From the NCBI RefSeq assembly GCF_000196355.1, contig NC_007614.1, positions 1,560,001-1,592,000 on the forward strand: a DNA stretch of 32,000 bases, given 5' to 3'. The stretch is from Nitrosospira multiformis ATCC 25196. Lineage in GTDB: Bacteria > Pseudomonadota > Gammaproteobacteria > Burkholderiales > Nitrosomonadaceae. The position numbers and the translations under genes are program-made. The notes under the pieces were generated by a model. That model saw only the letters and a list, made by a program, of their open reading frames with translations, did not search any database and was not told the origin of the DNA. This document shows, in pieces, positions 25,645 through 32,000 of this stretch (position 1 is the first letter of the stretch; the number at the start of each line of letters is the position of its first letter).

Positions 25645-28600
25645 ATGAAGAATTCTCCTATCGTTAACGCCAAGAGCAGGAATTTTGAGCAGCGCCTGGC
25701 AAACCTGCCGAAGCCGGCTTATCCGGAAGAGCTCCCGGTAGTAGCTCTACGGCAGGAGATCGCCCAGGCTATTCAGAAAAACCAGGTAGTGATCATCAGC
25801 GGCGAGACCGGTTCGGGCAAGACCACACAATTGCCGAAAATCTGCCTGGAACTCGGATGGGGTCTGCACGCGATGATCGGGCATACGCAGCCTCGTCGTA
25901 TCGCTGCACGAACCGTGGCGGCACGAATCGCTTCAGAGCTCAAGAGTCCGCTGGGGCATGCGGTAGGATACAAGGTGCGCTTTTCGGACAAGGTGAGTCC
26001 GGAAACGTATGTCAAGCTCATGACAGACGGCATTCTGCTGGCGGAGACTCAGGGTGATCCGAATTTGCTTGCCTACGATACGATCATCATCGACGAGGCG
26101 CACGAACGCAGCCTGAACATCGATTTTCTGCTCGGATATCTCAAGCAACTGCTGCCGCGCCGACCGGATCTGAAGCTGATCGTTACTTCCGCCACCATCA
26201 ATTCCGAACGATTCTCCGCGCATTTCCATAACGCGCCTGTCATTGAAGTATCCGGCCGCATGTACCCGGTGGAGGTACGTTATCGGCCCATCGAGGCTCC
26301 GGCTCGCGCTGCTTCCGCCATCGCGGAAGATCGGAATGAAGACAAGGCCGGGAACAAGACCAGGGATAAAGATAAGGACAGGCAGAAGGATAAACATAAG
26401 GATAGGGACAGGGATGAAGGTGACATAGAGCAGGCCATCCTTGATGCAGTGGATGAAATCAATCGCTGCGGGCCGGGGGATGTGTTGGTGTTCCTGCCGG
26501 GCGAGCGGGAAATCCGCGATACCGCGGAGGCGTTGCGCAAGCATGCTTTTGGTGGACCTGGCACGGGCCGCGCTGGCGCCGAAATTCTGCCATTGTTCGC
26601 GCGCCAGTCCTATGCCGACCAGGAACGGGTTTTCAAACCTGGGGGCAGTAGCTTGCGACGTATCGTGCTTGCCACCAACGTGGCAGAAACTTCATTGACC
26701 GTTCCCGGCATTCGCTACGTAATCGATACCGGCGTGGCGCGCATCAAGCGCTACAGCTATCGCAACAAGGTGGAACAGTTGCAGGTGGAGAAGATTTCAC
26801 GCGCCTCCGCTAATCAGCGCGCGGGACGCTGCGGCCGGGTGATGAGCGGTATCTGTTTCCGGCTTTATTCGGAGCAGGATTATCTTGCCCGCCCGGAATT
26901 CACCGACCCGGAAATCCTGCGCTCTTCGCTGGCCGCGGTGATTTTACGCATGAAATCTCTCAAAATTGGATCAATCGAGAATTTCCCTTTCCTCGAACCG
27001 CCCCTGCCCCGCATGATTGCGGACGGCTATCAGTTACTGGCTGAACTCGGCGCAGTGGATGAGAGTAACACCCTTACCAGTATCGGTTGGCGGCTGGCTA
27101 GGTTTCCCATCGACCCCAGGATTGCGCGCATGATCCTGGCAGCGAAGGAGGAAAACTGCCTGACCGAGATGCTCATCATCGCCTCTGCCCTGAGCGTGCA
27201 GGATCCGCGAGACCGTCCGTTCGAGCGGCAGGAAGCCGCTGACCGGGCCCACCAGAGCTTCCAGGACGAGCGCTCCGATTTTCTGGGCTATCTGAAGTTG
27301 TGGGATTTCTTTGATGACCTGCTCAAGCATAAGAAATCCAACCGCAAGTTGATCGAGCAATGCCAGGAAAACTTTTTGTCGCATCGCAGAATGCGGGAGT
27401 GGCGTGAAGTCCACGGTCAATTGCATACGCTGGTAGTGGAAACAGGATTTAAGCCCAACAAGATACCGGCGAACTACGATGAAATACATCGGGCGCTTCT
27501 CGCGGGGTTGCTCGGCAATATCGGCTTCAGGATTGACGAGGATAACGAATACCTCGGAACGCGCGGCATCAAGTTTTCAATTTTCCCGGGTTCCGTGCTG
27601 AAAAAGGCCAAACCCAAATGGATCGTCGCTGCAGAGCTGACGGAAACCACCCGGCTTTATGGTCGAGGTGTAGCGAAAATCGATCCCGCCTGGGTGGAAA
27701 GGATCGGTGGAAAGTTTTGCAAGAAGCATTATTTCGACCCGCACTGGGAGAAGAAATCAGCGCAGGTATCGGCATTCGAGCGGGTAACCCTGTATGGATT
27801 GACAGTAGTACCGAAGCGGCGCGTCTACTACGGAAATATCAACCCGAAAGAAGCACGGGAGATTTTCATACGCTCGGCCCTCGTAGCAGGGGAATACATT
27901 ACCCAGGCCCCATTTTTTAAGCACAACCACGAGCTTATCGCCAATGTGGCCGCTCTCGAACATAAAACCCGCCGGCCGGATGTGCTGGTAGATGAACAGG
28001 AAATTTTCGTGTTCTACGATGGGCTCATCCCCGAGGGAATCAGCAATGGCGCCGCTTTCGAGAAATGGCACAGAGAGGCCGAGCGTGAGAATTCGCGCTT
28101 GCTCTACATTCCCAAGGAATACCTGATGCGCCATACGGCGCAGAGCGTAACGGAAGAACGGTTTCCCGATACCATGCTCGTAGACGGCTTCCCCCTGTCA
28201 CTCACCTATCGCTTCGATCCCGGACATGTGCTGGACGGGGTCACCATTACCGTACCGTTGCCACTGCTGAACAAGCTGGATGCCACGCAATTCGACAGCC
28301 TCGTCCCGGGGCTGGTCCGCGAAAAGATAACCTGGTATCTGCGGGCACTCCCCAAGCAGATACGCCGCCACGTTGTACCGGTCCCGGAGTTTGTAACGCA
28401 GTTTCTGGAAAGCGCGGAACATGCAGCAGCAACTTCACCCCCTGAACCCTCTCCGTCACTTCTGACCGAAACATTGGCTCGCTTTATCCGGACCAAAACC
28501 GGCCTTACCGTTCCACCAGATGCCTGGGACGAAAAACCGCCTTCGCATCTGATGATGAACTACAAAATCGTGGATGATGCGGGGCAAGAGCTGGCAATGA

Positions 28601-29634
28601 ACCGGGATCTGGGCCAATTGAAAACGCAACTCGGGCAAGCGGCACAACTGACATTCTCCCGTTCCGAGTCGGGAGAGCATAATCCCCTTGAACGCGACGA
28701 TGTAAAACACTGGGATTTCGGTGATCTGCCGCAGGAAATCACCTTCACCCGTGCGGGCAAGAACATGACCGGCTTCCCTGCTCTCGCCGAACGGGATGGA
28801 AAAGTAGCGATTCGCCTGTTCGATACGCGCGAAGCGGCAGAGCTCAGCATGCGAGGCGGAGTGCGCCAATTGCTGGGCTTCGAGCTGAAGGAGCAAATGA
28901 AACAGCTGGAAAAAGATCTGTCAGGACAGGGGGCAAAGAGTGGAAAGGGCAGATATCTGGCGCAGGCGGCCTTTCAACTGCACACGCTCATCAAGCCTGA
29001 GCAGCTCAAGGAAGATATATTGAATGCGGTCGCAGACCGCGCTTTTATCGCGGATGATGCGCTGCCCCGCAGTGAAAAGGAATTTGTCGCCCAGCGCCAG
29101 CGTGCCCGCACGCGGCTCCCTGCTGTGTCTGAGGCTCTGGTTCGCATCGTGCAAAACGTTGCCAGTGAGTCCCAGGTATTGATGGCGAGGATTTCTTCAA
29201 TCGGAGGAACGGGCAAGGTTGGCGTGCAAAAAACCGGCGCAGCAAGTGGCGGTGGTTCTGGTAACCCTGGAGCCGACTTGATGATCCAACTCCGCAACCT
29301 CGTTTATCCAGGATTTTTGAGCGCCACCCCTTGGGAACGCTTGCAGCATTTACCGCGTTACCTGAAAGGCATGATCCTCCGCCTGGATAAGTATGACGCC
29401 AATCCCGAGCGCGACGCGCGTCACGCTGCTGCCATTGCCGGATTGTGGAACCGGTATGAGCAGCGCCTTGAAAAACATCGCAAGGCGAGGATCGATGATC
29501 CCAGGCTCGTTGAATTCCGCTGGCAGATCGAGGAACTGCGTATTTCGCTGTTTGCCCAGGAACTGAAAACACCCTCCCCTGTTTCGGCCAAACGGCTTCA
29601 GAAATTATGGGAGGAAATCAATTCAACAGTTTGA
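25645..29634 (+). CDS. hrpA: ATP-dependent RNA helicase HrpA
   Basis: VVIISGETGSGKTTQLPKICLELG, IGHTQPRRIAARTVAARIASEL, DTIIIDEAHERSLNIDFLLGYLK, LIVTSATINSERFSAHF, NVAETSLTVPGIRYVIDTG, QRAGRCGRV (DEAH-box), plus long C-terminal HrpA region. Confidence 0.97.
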   Translation: MKNSPIVNAKSRNFEQRLANLPKPAYPEELPVVALRQEIAQAIQKNQVVIISGETGSGKTTQLPKICLELGWGLHAMIGHTQPRRIAARTVAARIASELKSPLGHAVGYKVRFSDKVSPETYVKLMTDGILLAETQGDPNLLAYDTIIIDEAHERSLNIDFLLGYLKQLLPRRPDLKLIVTSATINSERFSAHFHNAPVIEVSGRMYPVEVRYRPIEAPARAASAIAEDRNEDKAGNKTRDKDKDRQKDKHKDRDRDEGDIEQAILDAVDEINRCGPGDVLVFLPGEREIRDTAEALRKHAFGGPGTGRAGAEILPLFARQSYADQERVFKPGGSSLRRIVLATNVAETSLTVPGIRYVIDTGVARIKRYSYRNKVEQLQVEKISRASANQRAGRCGRVMSGICFRLYSEQDYLARPEFTDPEILRSSLAAVILRMKSLKIGSIENFPFLEPPLPRMIADGYQLLAELGAVDESNTLTSIGWRLARFPIDPRIARMILAAKEENCLTEMLIIASALSVQDPRDRPFERQEAADRAHQSFQDERSDFLGYLKLWDFFDDLLKHKKSNRKLIEQCQENFLSHRRMREWREVHGQLHTLVVETGFKPNKIPANYDEIHRALLAGLLGNIGFRIDEDNEYLGTRGIKFSIFPGSVLKKAKPKWIVAAELTETTRLYGRGVAKIDPAWVERIGGKFCKKHYFDPHWEKKSAQVSAFERVTLYGLTVVPKRRVYYGNINPKEAREIFIRSALVAGEYITQAPFFKHNHELIANVAALEHKTRRPDVLVDEQEIFVFYDGLIPEGISNGAAFEKWHREAERENSRLLYIPKEYLMRHTAQSVTEERFPDTMLVDGFPLSLTYRFDPGHVLDGVTITVPLPLLNKLDATQFDSLVPGLVREKITWYLRALPKQIRRHVVPVPEFVTQFLESAEHAAATSPPEPSPSLLTETLARFIRTKTGLTVPPDAWDEKPPSHLMMNYKIVDDAGQELAMNRDLGQLKTQLGQAAQLTFSRSESGEHNPLERDDVKHWDFGDLPQEITFTRAGKNMTGFPALAERDGKVAIRLFDTREAAELSMRGGVRQLLGFELKEQMKQLEKDLSGQGAKSGKGRYLAQAAFQLHTLIKPEQLKEDILNAVADRAFIADDALPRSEKEFVAQRQRARTRLPAVSEALVRIVQNVASESQVLMARISSIGGTGKVGVQKTGAASGGGSGNPGADLMIQLRNLVYPGFLSATPWERLQHLPRYLKGMILRLDKYDANPERDARHAAAIAGLWNRYEQRLEKHRKARIDDPRLVEFRWQIEELRISLFAQELKTPSPVSAKRLQKLWEEINSTV

Positions 29635-29681
29635 CGGGTTGGAATCTGGTTTCCTCGACGTGTAACCGGAGCGGTGTTCGA

Positions 29682-30608
29682 TCAAGCAGCCGGTTTCAGC
29701 TCCGGAATATTTCGCTCTATCAGATAGTTCGCAGCTACTCTGCATTCCCCGCCGGCAGCAACTTCCACCACTTCTGACCCAGCATTCGCGGTTTCAACGC
29801 ACACAAAGTGTTCGTAGTCGTCATCCTTCAGGTCGCCCATCTGGGCAGAAATTCTCGCCCAGGGATTCCATACGACAGCAGTCCTGCTGTCGCTCGATTG
29901 AATGCGAATCCGGCGATCATAAGCGGTATCGTCGATCACCAACTCTTTCTGCACATCTTGGTAAATGCGATCGACTTCGGAATTGATCGTTATTGCACCT
30001 GCCTGGGTTTTTTGAGCGTAGTTGTCGACTTTATCGAGATACGAGACCCCCTCGAGACCGAGAATGGTGATGCGATCGATATGCCCGACCTTGAAATAGG
30101 TATGCAAAGCCTGCGTGATTGAAAAAGGCGCGGTATCTTTATTTCGCGTGATCAATTCCAGATTCAGGGAGTTTCCCACTGTAACTTCGAGATCCAGATC
30201 GAACGCATGCGGCCAGATCGCCCTTGTTTCCGCTGTATCGCTCAAACCGAGCGTCACCTTGCTGTCGCCATTTCCAGTGGTTTCCGTTTTAATGACGTTC
30301 CAGAGGCGGGTACGCACAAAACCATGTACAGGACGCCCTTGCTGTTGCGGATCCGGGCCGAACCAAGGCCAGCAGACGGGAGCGCCGCCCTTGATACCTT
30401 TACCTGCCTCATAATATGCAGCCTCGCTCAGGAACATCAGGTTCTGCTCATTTGCAGGTTGAAAAGATAGTACCTGCCCTCCATAAACAGAGATCACTGC
30501 GCCACCCTTGGCATTATCGACCCTGATAAAGGGGAACCCTCCTGCCCCCTCCATGAATTTGACCTGCCCGTCGATCCCATGGTTTTTATTCAACTCTTCT
30601 ATGTTCAT
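29682..30608 (-). CDS. D-hexose-6-phosphate mutarotase (YeaD/aldose 1-epimerase family)
   Basis: GAVISVYGGQVLSFQPANEQNLMFLSEAAYYEAGKGIKGGAPVCWPWFGPDPQQQGRPVHGFVRTRLW...FVCVETANAGSEVVEVAAGGE. Confidence 0.93.
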   Translation of the reverse strand: MNIEELNKNHGIDGQVKFMEGAGGFPFIRVDNAKGGAVISVYGGQVLSFQPANEQNLMFLSEAAYYEAGKGIKGGAPVCWPWFGPDPQQQGRPVHGFVRTRLWNVIKTETTGNGDSKVTLGLSDTAETRAIWPHAFDLDLEVTVGNSLNLELITRNKDTAPFSITQALHTYFKVGHIDRITILGLEGVSYLDKVDNYAQKTQAGAITINSEVDRIYQDVQKELVIDDTAYDRRIRIQSSDSRTAVVWNPWARISAQMGDLKDDDYEHFVCVETANAGSEVVEVAAGGECRVAANYLIERNIPELKPAA

Positions 30609-30719
30609 TTCATTCCTTATTCGCTTCTGAAGATGCCCTATAGAAGAGGATCATAATGGCACCTGAACATTTTGTCATCAACAGCTGTTTATGCCGGGCG
30701 ACCCGCATCAGCAGGCCGA

Positions 30720-31157
30720 TCAGCGAAGCAGAACGAGCCTTGGAATTGCTTCCGTACCTATCCAGACAACCGCATTTTGCCCGAATTCCTTTCCAAGCGC
30801 CTTAGTTGTCTCCAGATTCAATCCGAGCACGAGAAAGCTTTTTTCCGCCGCCCATGCTCCGGCAGGGTCGATGCCTTCACCCTCGATAATCTGGCTCTGC
30901 TGGGCAACATGCCGATCAAGGCTCTTCCGGAGATCCAGGCATGCCTTCATGTTCATTTCATGACTTTCTGCCGCCCCGAAGGGGTTGCAGGCGGTGATGA
31001 ACGCGGCACACCGATGGCCAGACGCTGCCAGAAGCCTTGCCAGCGGCTCGGAATACTGGTCGACATGCAACGTTATTGCCTCATGGCCTACGCCCGCCCG
31101 ATAGTAAGCCGAGCGATAGACATAAATGAGATCATCAGGGATTTCAGTGTATGACAT
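30720..31157 (-). CDS. DUF3293-like hypothetical protein
   Basis: MSYTEIPDDLIYVYRSAYYRAG...EPLARLLAASGHRCAAFITACNPFGAAESHEMNMKACLDLRKSL...GAWAAEKSFLVLGL. Start chosen at ATG 31157 (GGAG upstream) rather than 31214. Confidence 0.7.
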   Translation of the reverse strand: MSYTEIPDDLIYVYRSAYYRAGVGHEAITLHVDQYSEPLARLLAASGHRCAAFITACNPFGAAESHEMNMKACLDLRKSLDRHVAQQSQIIEGEGIDPAGAWAAEKSFLVLGLNLETTKALGKEFGQNAVVWIGTEAIPRLVLLR

Positions 31158-31265
31158 GGTATCTCCGGCGAAGCTTCTCATCCCCAAGCCTTTATGATTG
31201 CTACATCTACCCATGGATGCAGGGCAGGCAGGGTAAGTTGCAAGCAGTGCAGGAAGAGTTTCTTC

Positions 31266-31829
31266 TTAAGAAAGGTGGCGGATCACCCTGCAAGGATTTC
31301 CTGCAGCGAAAACGTTTGCGGGAATGTTTCTGGTAACAATGCTTCCCGATCCGATCGTCGTGCCCCGTCCGATCGTGACCCCGGGATTGATGATCGCCCC
31401 ACCGCCAATCCAGACGCTGTCTTCCACGGTAATGGGTGCAGCGGCTTCCAGACCGGTATCACGGTCCTTCGCTGCAAGGGGGTGGGTTGCAGTATAGATC
31501 TGCACCGCCGGGCCCAGAAAGACATTATGCCCCATGATGACCTGCGCGCAATCCAGCACGATGCAATTGAAATTGGCGTAAAAGTTATCCCCTACTAGAA
31601 GGTTATAACCGTAGTCGCAATAAAAGGGTGGCTCGATATGAAGATTTGACCCCGATGCCCCGAGCAGTTCCCCCAAAATTGCAGATCGTTTTTCAGCCTC
31701 CTCCGGAAGGGTGTCATTGAAAACCTTCGCCAATCTTTTGGCACGCTTTCTTTCCTCGACCAGCAGTCGGTCGCTGGAGCGATAGAGTTCTCCATTCAGC
31801 ATTTTCTGCTTTTCGGTCTTATCGATCAC
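31266..31829 (-). CDS. Sugar (maltose/galactoside-type) O-acetyltransferase
   Basis: KQKMLNGELYRSSDRLLVEERKRAKRLAKVFN...EPPFYCDYGYNLLVGDNFYANFNCIVLDCA...IGGGAIINPGVTIGRGTTIGSGSIVTRNIPANVFAAGNPCRVIR: left-handed beta-helix hexapeptide acetyltransferase. Confidence 0.95.
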   Translation of the reverse strand: MIDKTEKQKMLNGELYRSSDRLLVEERKRAKRLAKVFNDTLPEEAEKRSAILGELLGASGSNLHIEPPFYCDYGYNLLVGDNFYANFNCIVLDCAQVIMGHNVFLGPAVQIYTATHPLAAKDRDTGLEAAAPITVEDSVWIGGGAIINPGVTIGRGTTIGSGSIVTRNIPANVFAAGNPCRVIRHLS

Positions 31830-32000
31830 GTCATCTATTATTCAATACAGGCATTTGAATAAGCTTCGGAAAGAAAAAGAAAGAAAGCTTTCTAGAGGAA
31901 CCACCCGGGGGGAAACACCCGGCGCTGCCGCTTCAGTCAGGTTTCGGACATTCTGCCCGTATGCCGCATCGAGCATGGCTGTTTATTGCTCTCGGGATCA

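Overview
Chromosomal segment from what looks like a betaproteobacterium; the gene content (PEP-CTERM protein, HrpA, tmk-holB-tatD cluster) would suit a Nitrosospira/Nitrosomonas-type genome, but this is only a guess. The most interesting content is a Tc-toxin-like locus at the left edge. A minus-strand TcA-like gene (9165..5077) combines TPRs, coiled coils, a TcA C-terminal/TcB-binding-like region and a LamG-like tail, and is about half the size of classical TcA. 25 bp downstream is a very large SpvB/RHS gene (5051 to beyond base 1) that the supplied ORF track misses because it runs off the window. About 14.5 kb away, a separate minus-strand gene (25163..23745) resembles the N-terminal modules of large TcA-like proteins (transthyretin-like repeats plus a VRP1-like helical part). 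The rest comprises: VOC proteins, an MgtC/SapB-family protein, an SDR oxidoreductase, an ankyrin protein, tatD, an integrase/KfrA/HAD-like/IS630-remnant island inserted between tatD and holB, tmk, DUF1269-type protein plus a decayed paralogue, a TIGR03118-like PEP-CTERM protein, hrpA, an aldose-1-epimerase-like mutarotase, a DUF3293-like protein and a maltose O-acetyltransferase-like enzyme. No rRNA, tRNA or CRISPR array was recognised.
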